In this document: positions 55,951 through 64,000 of the stretch, in pieces
Numbering within the stretch: the first letter of the stretch is position 1
Layout: each line of letters begins with the position of its first letter
Assembly (NCBI GenBank): GCA_019637395.1
Contig: JAHBVR010000005.1
Location: forward strand, 65,312-129,311
Direction of reading: 5' to 3'
From: Vulcanimicrobiota bacterium
GTDB taxonomy: Bacteria; Vulcanimicrobiota; Xenobia; Xenobiales; JADMJV01
DNA length: 64,000 nucleotides
The notes under the pieces: generated by a model
The model's database searches: none
The model's input: only the letters and a program-made list of their open reading frames with translations
Told to the model about the DNA's origin: nothing
Position numbers and translations under genes: made by a program

Positions 55951-57387
55951 CTAGAAGTCGCGCTCGATGGCGTAAGAGCTGCAACGGATGGCCCCTTCCA
56001 GCTTGGAAATCGAACCCATCTGCAGGGGAATGACCTCGTAGTCGTTGCCCTTGTAGATGTTTTCGGCCATTTTGTCGAGCACCTCGCAACCGTATTGGGG
56101 CAGGTAGACTTTCTTGGTCTCGGTGCCGTCGGCGGCCGGGTAGCGTTCCATAATACAGTTGTTGTAGGTAAGGTAGGGCACGCTCCAGGTGGTGCGCAGG
56201 CCCATCATGGCCGGCATCCGCTCGATCTCGTAGCCGGCCTCTTTGAGTTCGGCGGCCAGGGCGTCGTAGTTGGCCTGGTTCTGAGCGTTGTCCTCGGCGG
56301 CGATCAGCTTCCCGATCAGGTCCTCGCCGCTGGTGATGCCGGCGTTGAGGGCCATCTCCCGATTGCTGGCGGCCCGTTCCTCAGGGCTCAAAGCCTTGAG
56401 GGCCCGGATGGCCAGGCTCGGATCGCCCACCAGGAATTTTTTGTCGCCGATGGGCGTGGCGCACATGTCGATGTGGAAAGCCGGTTGGTCGTGGTCGCGG
56501 GCGAGCACCAGCACGGGCCGGCCGAATTCACTTTCAAAGACCAGCTGGGGGAGTTCTTCCCACATCTTGTCTTTGTCGTCGGCCGGCTGGCCGCTGGCTT
56601 TGGTGTAAAATTCCTCGATTTCTTGGGCCCGGGCCGGGTCCTGAGCCAGTTCCTGCAGGCGAGCGCGGGTGTGGCGAATGGAATCGCTGCCCACGAAGAT
56701 CTGCTTGGAATTGCTGAGGACATTGCCGCCGTCGATGCGCAGCGCCGGGTGTGCCTGGGAGGTGATGCTCTCACCATGCACCTGGGCCAGGGTCGGGGCG
56801 ATGGTGTTGTCGCCGGCTCCGGGCCAGTAAGTGCGATCCTGGATGAGCAGTTTGGTGTGGCCGTCTTCGGCCCGCACCGGCAGCATGGAATCGCGGATCC
56901 AGATGGACATCTTGTCGGCCTGGGCGGGTACCACCGAGACCCGGCCGGGATCGGTGCCGCTATCCTGGACTAATTGGTTGACGTCATCGATGCCGCGCTG
57001 GTCGGCGCAGACCACCGTGAAGTGGGTCTCCGGCATGTGCGTAAAGAGCTGATTCCAGACGCCCAACAGGCCGTTGTGGGTTTCCTCGGGCAGGGGTTTG
57101 TCGAATTCGACGTTACCCAGTTGTAGAGCCATTTCCTTGATCTTGCCGGTGCTATCCGGGAAGATCAAGCCGCCTACGCCAAAGAGAGGAGCCGCCGGTT
57201 CGGCTGCTTTGAAAGCCACTTGCTCCTGACCGCTCTTCAGAGAGGCGGCCGAATACCGGGTGGTCCGCGTATCTCGTGAGATCTGCGCGGTGTCGGCCGG
57301 CAACCCCTCTGCCGCCGGTGCCGGCGCCTGGGCCAGCGGACGGGCGGGCGCCAGGGATCGAATTGGAGTGTGACTTTGAATGAGCAT
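55951..57387 (-). CDS. agmatine deiminase / porphyranase-type peptidylarginine deiminase-family protein with a ~170-aa N-terminal extension
   Basis: IWIRDSMLP, GGNVLSN, and a C-terminal GAIRCSS (catalytic Cys). Confidence 0.65.
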   Translation of the reverse strand: MLIQSHTPIRSLAPARPLAQAPAPAAEGLPADTAQISRDTRTTRYSAASLKSGQEQVAFKAAEPAAPLFGVGGLIFPDSTGKIKEMALQLGNVEFDKPLPEETHNGLLGVWNQLFTHMPETHFTVVCADQRGIDDVNQLVQDSGTDPGRVSVVPAQADKMSIWIRDSMLPVRAEDGHTKLLIQDRTYWPGAGDNTIAPTLAQVHGESITSQAHPALRIDGGNVLSNSKQIFVGSDSIRHTRARLQELAQDPARAQEIEEFYTKASGQPADDKDKMWEELPQLVFESEFGRPVLVLARDHDQPAFHIDMCATPIGDKKFLVGDPSLAIRALKALSPEERAASNREMALNAGITSGEDLIGKLIAAEDNAQNQANYDALAAELKEAGYEIERMPAMMGLRTTWSVPYLTYNNCIMERYPAADGTETKKVYLPQYGCEVLDKMAENIYKGNDYEVIPLQMGSISKLEGAIRCSSYAIERDF

Positions 57388-57432
57388 GCTACTACTATGG
57401 CGCTTGCGCCACGCCCTGGCTTGAACAGGAAG

Positions 57433-57942
57433 TTACATTCTGAGCGGGTGGCCGACCACCACCAGAGGGACCCCGTTATCTTTGGTGGACAACGTCACCT
57501 TGATTTTGTTCGTCTGTACATCCACGGTAAAATCCGTTACATCGCGGGCCACCACTCGGTAGCCGGCCGCCAAATTCGCATCCGTCTTGCGCAGTTCGTG
57601 GCTGTTCACGTCCAGCCAATACTCCACGGGCAAAGTGGGCAGGGTGATGGGAATAGCCGAACCCGTTTCCCGGGTCGTGCGTCGCCAGGTCAGCTGGCCG
57701 GGGGCGGTGGGATGCTGCAGACCACTTCCCACGGCCGGCGCGGTCCAGGCAAAGCAAACGGCCATTTCTCGTAGAATCTCGCTCATGGCCAGCGCTCCCT
57801 GGCGTTGGGCGGCGGTTCGTTCCAGGGTTTTTCGGTGAGCGCGAAATCCCATAACCAGAGCCCGACTGACCATGAGCACAAAGAGACCGAGCAATCCGGT
57901 GACAAAGACCACCTCCAGCAAAGTCATGGCTCGCCGCTTCAT
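57433..57942 (-). CDS. type II secretion / type IV pilus pseudopilin (prepilin-type N-terminal domain)
   Basis: MKRRAMTLLEVVFVTGLLGLFVLMV: leader followed by a hydrophobic helix with Glu at +5. Confidence 0.55.
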   Translation of the reverse strand: MKRRAMTLLEVVFVTGLLGLFVLMVSRALVMGFRAHRKTLERTAAQRQGALAMSEILREMAVCFAWTAPAVGSGLQHPTAPGQLTWRRTTRETGSAIPITLPTLPVEYWLDVNSHELRKTDANLAAGYRVVARDVTDFTVDVQTNKIKVTLSTKDNGVPLVVVGHPLRM

Positions 57943-58409
57943 AGATCGACGTCCCATATGAAGAGATGCATGAGCTGGCGCCCGAACGGGACCATGGGCG
58001 CGGCCAGTTCGCGGCGCGCCAGGAGCTTGTTGTCGGTCGAGTAGATGAGCCCGCGAGCGTGGATCTGTTTGCTCGGGTTGGGCTCTTCTTCTTTCCAGAT
58101 CAGGAACCCCTGGGTTTCGGTGGCATCGGCCCAATAGATCAGAGGAGTGGTTCCGATGCAGTCGGGACCATAGTTCAATTCCTGCGAGCGAGCAAAAAAG
58201 ATGCCTGCCTGGGCCATCGACTGAGCTTGCTGGGCCCGCTGCATGGTCAGACCGAAGCGGCTATCCTGATCCAGAAAATAGAGCAGAGTCAGGCCCATAA
58301 CGAAAAGAAAAACGGTCAAAAACAGCGAGAGCATCAAGGCGATGCCCCGCTCCTTGCCGGTATACGCCCCCGAATTGCGCATCCATGCATCTTCTGACTT
58401 GGCAAACAA
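57939..58409 (-). CDS. pseudopilin-like protein (the start is uncertain)
   Basis: Contains a single hydrophobic segment (ALMLSLFLTVFLFVMGLTLLYF). Confidence 0.4.
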   Translation of the reverse strand: MFAKSEDAWMRNSGAYTGKERGIALMLSLFLTVFLFVMGLTLLYFLDQDSRFGLTMQRAQQAQSMAQAGIFFARSQELNYGPDCIGTTPLIYWADATETQGFLIWKEEEPNPSKQIHARGLIYSTDNKLLARRELAAPMVPFGRQLMHLFIWDVDL

Positions 58410-58459
58410 AGACCTGTCACCGCCCAGGGATGGTCCGGCGAGCGGTAGAATTTGGGCAC

Positions 58460-59065
58460 ATGCGTCTCCACATCGCGACTCTGGCCCTGGCGTTGGTCGG
58501 TTGTAGCAGCGGCTCCGGACCTTCCTCCAAGCCTGGGAAGTCCGGCGCCCCGTCTACGCCCCGCCCCCAGGCGGCCGAATTCAATATGGCCGGCGGGGGC
58601 GTGGGCAGCGCCGCGGGAGTCCCAGGCCCGTCGGGGGGGTCCGGCACGATTCCCGAGCAAAGCGACCCGGGTTCGAACACCCCGTCGCAAGCCGGGTCCG
58701 CCGCTGCCAGCCCCCTTCGCCGGCCTCCCATCGAGCCGGGATTGTGGAGAATGCCCGGTTACCAACCCAGTCTGGTGGTAGTCAATCCAGGCTCTGACAC
58801 GCTGGCCCGCGGTTATAACTTGTATATGCAAAATTGTGCCATGTGCCACGGCGCGGACCTGCGCGGTGAATTCTCGGCGTCGAACGTGCCGGTGCGGGAT
58901 TTGACCCGGTTCAAGGATTACAAGTTCGGCAGTACCGATCAGGCGATCTATCGCTCCATCGTTTACGGCATTCCCAAAACGGCCATGGGAAGTTATCAGC
59001 ACGCCCTGAAGCCTCAACAGGTGTGGGACCTGATCAATTTTATGAAATCCAAGCGAACTGACTGA
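58460..59065 (+). CDS. lipoprotein c-type cytochrome (class I)
   Basis: Lipobox LALALVGCSS. CAMCHG heme motif. Distal Met region. Confidence 0.7.
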   Translation: MRLHIATLALALVGCSSGSGPSSKPGKSGAPSTPRPQAAEFNMAGGGVGSAAGVPGPSGGSGTIPEQSDPGSNTPSQAGSAAASPLRRPPIEPGLWRMPGYQPSLVVVNPGSDTLARGYNLYMQNCAMCHGADLRGEFSASNVPVRDLTRFKDYKFGSTDQAIYRSIVYGIPKTAMGSYQHALKPQQVWDLINFMKSKRTD

Positions 59066-59067
59066 AC

Positions 59068-60006
59068 GTGAGTAAAAAGATTTTTTTACGTTTCGGCCTG
59101 CTCTTTGGCGGGTTATTCGGGGGTGTGGTCGCCGGGGAAACCGCCTTGCGTATTCTGAAACCACCGGCTTCTTCAGGCGGTATACAGCAGACGCGGTTCC
59201 CGGTGGGACAGTTGACGGATTACACTCCGGACGATGAGTGCGGCTATCTCCCGAAAATTAACGGCGAGGGATATGGCGCCCAGGGCTGTCTCTATAATGA
59301 CTATAAGCTGGAGAAGACTCCGGGACGCCGTCGGGTCCTGTTCGTAGGGGATTCGGTCACTCATCGGGGGCGCCTCATCACCCCGCTACGGTCGCTTTAC
59401 GGGGAGGAAAAATTCGAGTATTGGAACGCCGGCGTGGAAAGTTTCAATACCGCCCAGGAAGTCGTGCTTTACCGCCGCTACAACTACCTCATCAAGCCCG
59501 ACCTGGTGGTGCTGACTTTTCATAACAACGATTTTATGCAGACTCCGCTGGTCTACCGGGAAAAAGGCAAGCTGCAACTGCTGACCCCTTTGCATGACCG
59601 CAATCACATCAACACCTGGCTCTTTGAAAACAGTTACATCTATCGATGTTACGTGGGACGCAGTTGGCGCGCCGACCAGGAAGAAAAGGCCGTGCGCGTT
59701 CGCGAGAATCTGCGGGAACTGGACAGGCTGGTCAGGGATGGCGGCGGTCAGTTGCGGGTGGTGCTTCTGCCTCTGATGAAACCGCTTAAAGACTACGACC
59801 CGGGTGAAAATTGGTCCCGCAATCACGCCCTGGCCATCGTCAAAGAACTCAAGCTAAACAGCATCGACCTGACCCCCGCGTTGGAGGAGATTCTTCCCGA
59901 GAACCAGCCTGTCGAAGAAACGGCCGGGGATTATTGGCATCCCAGCCAGTGGGCCGCCGACCGTCTGGCCAGGACCCTGTATCAGCAAGATATCTTAGCC
60001 CCTTAA
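59068..60006 (+). CDS. SGNH/GDSL-like hydrolase
   Basis: N-terminal TM/signal sequence, then a VLFVGDSVT (GDS) block. Confidence 0.5.
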   Translation: MSKKIFLRFGLLFGGLFGGVVAGETALRILKPPASSGGIQQTRFPVGQLTDYTPDDECGYLPKINGEGYGAQGCLYNDYKLEKTPGRRRVLFVGDSVTHRGRLITPLRSLYGEEKFEYWNAGVESFNTAQEVVLYRRYNYLIKPDLVVLTFHNNDFMQTPLVYREKGKLQLLTPLHDRNHINTWLFENSYIYRCYVGRSWRADQEEKAVRVRENLRELDRLVRDGGGQLRVVLLPLMKPLKDYDPGENWSRNHALAIVKELKLNSIDLTPALEEILPENQPVEETAGDYWHPSQWAADRLARTLYQQDILAP

Positions 60007-60692
60007 AAAGACTTGATATAGGCGGTTAGCGCCTGCAGATCTTCTTCGGGCATAGCATTGATGTCCGGATAAGCATCCATGGCCACAGTATAGCCGGCCA
60101 CTTCGAAAGCCAGCGGGTCGCGAACCGATTCTCGAATGTACTCGTCGATGGTCAGGGCGGGACCGGGCAGGCCGGAGGCATTGCGATCGTTCATTCCCTG
60201 GGTAAGGGTGGCCATGGAGAGGTTGGGTGCGCTGGGGTTGGGAGTGGTGGTCCCGGTAGCGTGACACGAATTGCAGGCGTAGGCGGCGAACAGCGCGGCT
60301 CCGTTGGGTCGGACAAATAGCCCGCGCAAGGAGCTGGTCGTTTCATAGGGCTTGGGGCCTTTAACGGTCACGATGACCCAGGAACTATCGGAATCGAAGT
60401 TGGCAATTTCGGTGTCCACCCGAAACTCGTAGTCCGGATTGCCATAGTAGGTATTATAGCCACCGCTGTATGTGGGGGGCGTCGAGTCAGCCAGCAATTC
60501 GTCCAGCTTGGCCTTCACCAGGGCGTCCCGCACGACCACATACTGGGTCCGGCGAGGGTAACCGGAACCGGCCACCAGGATGGTCATGACGCCGCCCGCG
60601 GCCACGAACAAAAGCCCCATGGCCAGGACCAGCTCCATCATGGTCACCGCTCGAATTCGTTCGCGCCAACTCATCATTTCATATCCTAACAA
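60003..60692 (-). CDS. prepilin-type N-terminal domain protein fused to a C-terminal class I cytochrome c domain
   Basis: RAVTMMELVLAMGLLFVAAGG is a pilin-like N-terminus. YACNSCHATG is a CxxCH motif. The downstream region is Met-containing. Confidence 0.6.
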   Translation of the reverse strand: MLGYEMMSWRERIRAVTMMELVLAMGLLFVAAGGVMTILVAGSGYPRRTQYVVVRDALVKAKLDELLADSTPPTYSGGYNTYYGNPDYEFRVDTEIANFDSDSSWVIVTVKGPKPYETTSSLRGLFVRPNGAALFAAYACNSCHATGTTTPNPSAPNLSMATLTQGMNDRNASGLPGPALTIDEYIRESVRDPLAFEVAGYTVAMDAYPDINAMPEEDLQALTAYIKSF

Positions 60693-60701
60693 AAGATAAG
60701 G

Positions 60702-61790
60702 CTAGGCGCCAATGTCCGAAAGCATCCCGTAGACCGGCATGAACAGGCCCACGAAGAAGAAAGCGGTGACCACACCGAGCCCGCAAATCATGATCGGTTC
60801 CAGCAAGGTGACGATCGAGCGAATGGTCATATCGACTTCCTGTTCCAGAATGTTGCTCATGGACCCCAGCAGGGTATCCAGGTTGCCGACTTCCTGGCCC
60901 ACCGTGGCCACGGTGGTCAGCATGCTCGGGAAGTAGCTGACGTTGGCCATGCTCTCGGCGAAATCGCCTTCCTCGAGCAGGGCGGCGTGGAATTTTTTCA
61001 GATAGGAGCGATGGGTCCGGAAAGGCGCGGTGTGCGCGATCATCTGCACGGCTTTGACCAGGCTGACCCCTTCCTTGACCAGCGAGCCGAGAATATCGCA
61101 AAACTGGGCGCCGAGCACAATGCCGATCCAGCGTTCAAAGAGTGGAATCTGTAAGGCGCGGGCAAAGGCGCGCTCCTGGATTTCCGTCCAATAGCTCTTC
61201 AGGATAATGGCGCAGGTGAGCAAGCTGATGAAGAAGAGCGGGTGGTTGCAAATATTGACTACCTGGATGACGATCTGCGTGATTTGCGGCAGTTCCACGT
61301 TCATGCCGGAATACATGTCGATGAAGCGCGGCATGACGAACCTGACGCAGCCGTAGAGAATGACCGAGGCCACCACCACCGTCAGGAACGGCGCGGTCAT
61401 GGCCGATTTGACCTGGCGAACCAGATGGTCATTGCGTTCCATCAGCATGCCGGCGCGTCGCAAGCGTGAGGCCATGTCACCGGTGGCTTCGCCGGCCTGG
61501 ACGAAGAGTACGCAATAGGCGGGGAACACTTGAGGATACTGAGCGAAAGCCTGGGAAAGCTTCCAGCCCTGGCGGGTGACCTTATATTCGATATCCTCCA
61601 GGGTCTTTTCGAAGACAACGTCATCCATCTGGGTGCGCACGGCGTTGAAGACCTCGGTCATACCCACGCCGGATTCCAGCATGATGGCCATCAATTGCAG
61701 GGCGACGGAGACGGTTTTTCGGCCAGGATTCGGCGGTTTAGGCTTGATTCTGGCCCACAGCCCTGGTTTCGTCTGCTGCTTAACCCCCAT
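60702..61790 (-). CDS. GspF/PilC-family inner-membrane platform protein
   Basis: 362 aa with two GspF-like repeats and 3 TM segments. Confidence 0.7.
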   Translation of the reverse strand: MGVKQQTKPGLWARIKPKPPNPGRKTVSVALQLMAIMLESGVGMTEVFNAVRTQMDDVVFEKTLEDIEYKVTRQGWKLSQAFAQYPQVFPAYCVLFVQAGEATGDMASRLRRAGMLMERNDHLVRQVKSAMTAPFLTVVVASVILYGCVRFVMPRFIDMYSGMNVELPQITQIVIQVVNICNHPLFFISLLTCAIILKSYWTEIQERAFARALQIPLFERWIGIVLGAQFCDILGSLVKEGVSLVKAVQMIAHTAPFRTHRSYLKKFHAALLEEGDFAESMANVSYFPSMLTTVATVGQEVGNLDTLLGSMSNILEQEVDMTIRSIVTLLEPIMICGLGVVTAFFFVGLFMPVYGMLSDIGA

Positions 61791-61905
61791 GGCCGCCTTT
61801 TCGCTGCCTGAGTAGATCCGCCCTACTATCTCCTAGGACTAAAGTCTCAGGAGGCACACAAAAGAAAGCCCCCGGCCGTCAGACCGGGGGCTTTCTTGGT
61901 GCCGC

Positions 61906-63381
61906 TTAGAAAACGATCTTGGTGCGGTGGAATTCGCGCTCGCCTTTGGCGTTGGGAGCCACGTAGGCGGCGTAGGCGGTGCCGTCGGGGCGGAAGATGT
62001 CGCCCAGGTCGGGGTTGGTCTTGTCGGTGAAAAGCACTTCGCCGTCGGCGGCCAGCAGGCGGGCCCCCTTTTCGGCTTCCGCGATGGTCGAGTTGGTCAG
62101 TCCCACCAGGCCGAAAGCCGGCTGGTCGACAAGACTGCTCATTTTGACACCGGCCAGCTGGCCGGCGTCGTTGCCGATGAAGAATTCCTGGCGAACCGGT
62201 TCGGCGTTGAACAGGCGGGCGCCGTTTTGGCGGCTGGGCGGAGGGGCGTCGGCGTCCATCAGGCCGCGCTTCACCATGACGTTCTTGATCAGCTCACCGC
62301 GAGCGCCGCCGTTGAACTGGGCGTCGGCGGCGGCCATGTTGGCGGCCATCTCGTGGAAAGTGGTCTCGGAGGCTTTGGGAGACAGCTCGACCTGTCCCAC
62401 CAGCAGCTTCCAGCACTCTTCACCGGCGGCCATCAAAGCTTCCTTGGGAGCCATGCCGGCGGCGCGGTTGGCGTCGGAGATGCCGTCGATGACGTCGTAG
62501 AAAGCTCCCGACCAGAGGCGCGAGAAGTCGTGCACTTCACGTCCCAGGTGGTTTTCGTCACCGTGCTCGGGCAGGCTGGCCGGATCGGCGTAGACGAACT
62601 CGTTCTTGGAGGTGCGGATGCCACCCTCACGGCCCAGGGCGTGGCCGAAGGCTTCGCCCATGTCGGAGAGCATGTTGCGCCTGGTGGAGAGGTCGCCGCC
62701 TTCGGTCTGAGCGACCAGGGCTTCGACGGCCTTCTCGTTGCCCAGGGTCATCAGCATCGACAGGCAGTCGCCGAAGGCTTCGTGATAAGCGCCGGTTTCC
62801 GAACCGGAGCCCTCCATGAAGCCGGGGCGTTGCGAATCGAGGATGGCGTGGCCGGCTTCGTGGGAGGAGACTTCCCCGGACGCGGCCGTGCTGGTGGTCT
62901 TGTAGTGGAAGAAGTGCAGACCCTTGAACTGGCGGGCGTAGAAAGCGTTGGGCCAATCGCCGGTCTCGGGAGAGACCTTGATCTGCTTGTCGCCGAAAGC
63001 CCACTCGATGTTTTTGCCGGTCAGTTCGCCGAGCACCTGATTATACTTGTTGACCGTCTCGGCCACGGCGCCGAAGGCGTTGGCGCCGTTGAAGTTCTTA
63101 TCGCTGTTGTCGGCATAGACGAAGTTGCCGTCAGCGTTGGGGGTCAGCTTGTAGGCGGGGTCAGGTCTCAGGCCGACCAGATTGCCCATCACGAAGATGG
63201 CCTTCTTGTTCTCCAGCACCACCGAGTCGGTGGAGGGCTTGCCACCGTTGGCGCTCACATTGGGGATATCGACGGTGTCGTTGGGCAGGGCGTCGTGGTC
63301 CTGCGGATTGTTGCTAAACTTTACGGTGTTGCCCTGGGGGGCGGCCAAGCGGGGGCCGTGGTTGGCGCAGCAGATATTCAT
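61906..63381 (-). CDS. thermolysin-like (gluzincin) zinc metallopeptidase
   Basis: HEAGHAILD plus a downstream YHEAFGD (third-ligand Glu motif). AGGAG RBS before the ATG at 63381. Confidence 0.6.
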   Translation of the reverse strand: MNICCANHGPRLAAPQGNTVKFSNNPQDHDALPNDTVDIPNVSANGGKPSTDSVVLENKKAIFVMGNLVGLRPDPAYKLTPNADGNFVYADNSDKNFNGANAFGAVAETVNKYNQVLGELTGKNIEWAFGDKQIKVSPETGDWPNAFYARQFKGLHFFHYKTTSTAASGEVSSHEAGHAILDSQRPGFMEGSGSETGAYHEAFGDCLSMLMTLGNEKAVEALVAQTEGGDLSTRRNMLSDMGEAFGHALGREGGIRTSKNEFVYADPASLPEHGDENHLGREVHDFSRLWSGAFYDVIDGISDANRAAGMAPKEALMAAGEECWKLLVGQVELSPKASETTFHEMAANMAAADAQFNGGARGELIKNVMVKRGLMDADAPPPSRQNGARLFNAEPVRQEFFIGNDAGQLAGVKMSSLVDQPAFGLVGLTNSTIAEAEKGARLLAADGEVLFTDKTNPDLGDIFRPDGTAYAAYVAPNAKGEREFHRTKIVF

Positions 63382-63509
63382 TGTGGGAGGTGCTCCTGTG
63401 GTGGTGTATGTGCTGTGACACCATATCCGAGGTCTAAGGTCCATGTTGGATCCAAAAAGTTAACTAAAATCCGGGGAAGATTTTTGCCGGGCGTGCGAAA
63501 ATTAGCATT

Positions 63510-64000
63510 ATGAAGAAGCTTGTCGTAGTGGCCCTCGGCCTCTGTTTACTCTCCACCGCTCCGTTGGTGCGCGCCGACGATGACGAAGAAGGCAAGGTCA
63601 AAACCCTGGGTTGGTCGGTCTATGTGAACGGTGTCAAGAGCGCCGCCAATTCGGTCAACGTCAACGGTATGGACTGGTTTGAAGCCCAGCAGTTGGTGAC
63701 GGCCATCGGAATGAGCTTTCAGTCGAACGAGAGCGGTGCTTATGCTAACGGGCAGCCGATCATTCCCATCATTCGCGCCAACGGGGTTGTGTTCACCACC
63801 CCCGAGGCGGTGGCCAAAGCGGCCGGCGCCGTGGTGCAAAAAGATCCGGTGCGCGCCAGCATCTTCTACCAGATGGCCGCCAGTAATCCCGGCGGAATCC
63901 CCTATTACAGCGCCGACTACATTCCTCCGGCCGAGGAATACAAACGTCAGCGGCGGGCCGACCTGGGCATGTCTCCGGGCGATGCCATGCTGGAAGATTG
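63510..64000 (+). CDS. secreted hypothetical protein, 3' partial (runs off the window)
   Basis: ATG at 63510. Signal peptide MKKLVVVALGLCLLSTAPLVRA. Open to the window end. Absent from the ORF table because no stop falls inside the window. Confidence 0.5.
   Translation, partial: MKKLVVVALGLCLLSTAPLVRADDDEEGKVKTLGWSVYVNGVKSAANSVNVNGMDWFEAQQLVTAIGMSFQSNESGAYANGQPIIPIIRANGVVFTTPEAVAKAAGAVVQKDPVRASIFYQMAASNPGGIPYYSADYIPPAEEYKRQRRADLGMSPGDAMLED

Noticed and set aside
61927-63513. 528-aa plus-strand ORF antisense to the metallopeptidase
   Set aside because: It is a Gly/Val/Ala-rich shadow frame. The minus-strand product has HExxH and EAFGD motifs and a good RBS.

Overview
High-GC (~62%) bacterial chromosomal window; I cannot assign taxonomy from sequence alone. 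It mixes conserved housekeeping genes with accessory and decaying material.

Housekeeping genes recognised: GTP-dependent PEP carboxykinase, argininosuccinate synthase, UbiX, TcdA, TatD, and an agmatine-deiminase-family enzyme.

Accessory content, in window order:
1. 1-5400: hypothetical ORFs, a degenerate PGRP/amidase_2-like protein, a macro-domain fragment and an ankyrin-repeat protein.
2. 7125-9935: an intact IS21-family insertion (istA/istB) with multimeric GGATCC-containing terminal repeats.
3. 10427-21069: a tight same-strand gene block on the minus strand. It contains a collagen-like, phage tail-collar fibre protein; a small acidic protein; an IscU/NifU-like protein with altered ligands; a radical SAM/SPASM enzyme; a glycine-rich, Cys-containing 197-aa protein translationally coupled to the radical SAM gene; a 2217-aa RHS/YD-repeat polymorphic toxin with an uncharacterised C-terminal domain; and a small downstream immunity-like protein. 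The radical SAM enzyme, Gly-rich protein and NifU-like protein look like a GRRM-type (glycine-rich-repeat maturase) RiPP-like system, and its placement between a phage fibre gene and an RHS toxin locus is unusual.
4. 21164-24780: a prophage-like remnant with a GT2-TPR glycosyltransferase, an M15 peptidase, a holin-like protein and an XRE/ImmA repressor pair.
5. 30028-33052: an orphan GspD-type secretin with a C-terminal extension, followed by a C39-like peptidase-domain protein.
6. 33132-38238: a PknF/Rv1747-style Ser/Thr kinase followed by an FHA-ABC transporter and a secreted protein.
7. 39667-43981: a four-gene, start/stop-overlapping operon encoding a RelA/SpoT (alarmone-synthetase-like) domain protein, two small possibly paralogous proteins, and a Pro-rich, Met/Gly-repeat HExxH protein. 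It sits next to a secreted tyrosine phosphatase and looks toxin/effector-like.
8. 57433-61790: pseudopilins, a PilC/GspF-like platform protein and an unusual pilin-cytochrome c fusion.

Several pseudogenes are present: macro-domain and FAD-oxidoreductase fragments, and a frameshifted MNT nucleotidyltransferase with no HEPN partner. No CRISPR array, rRNA or convincing tRNA was seen.
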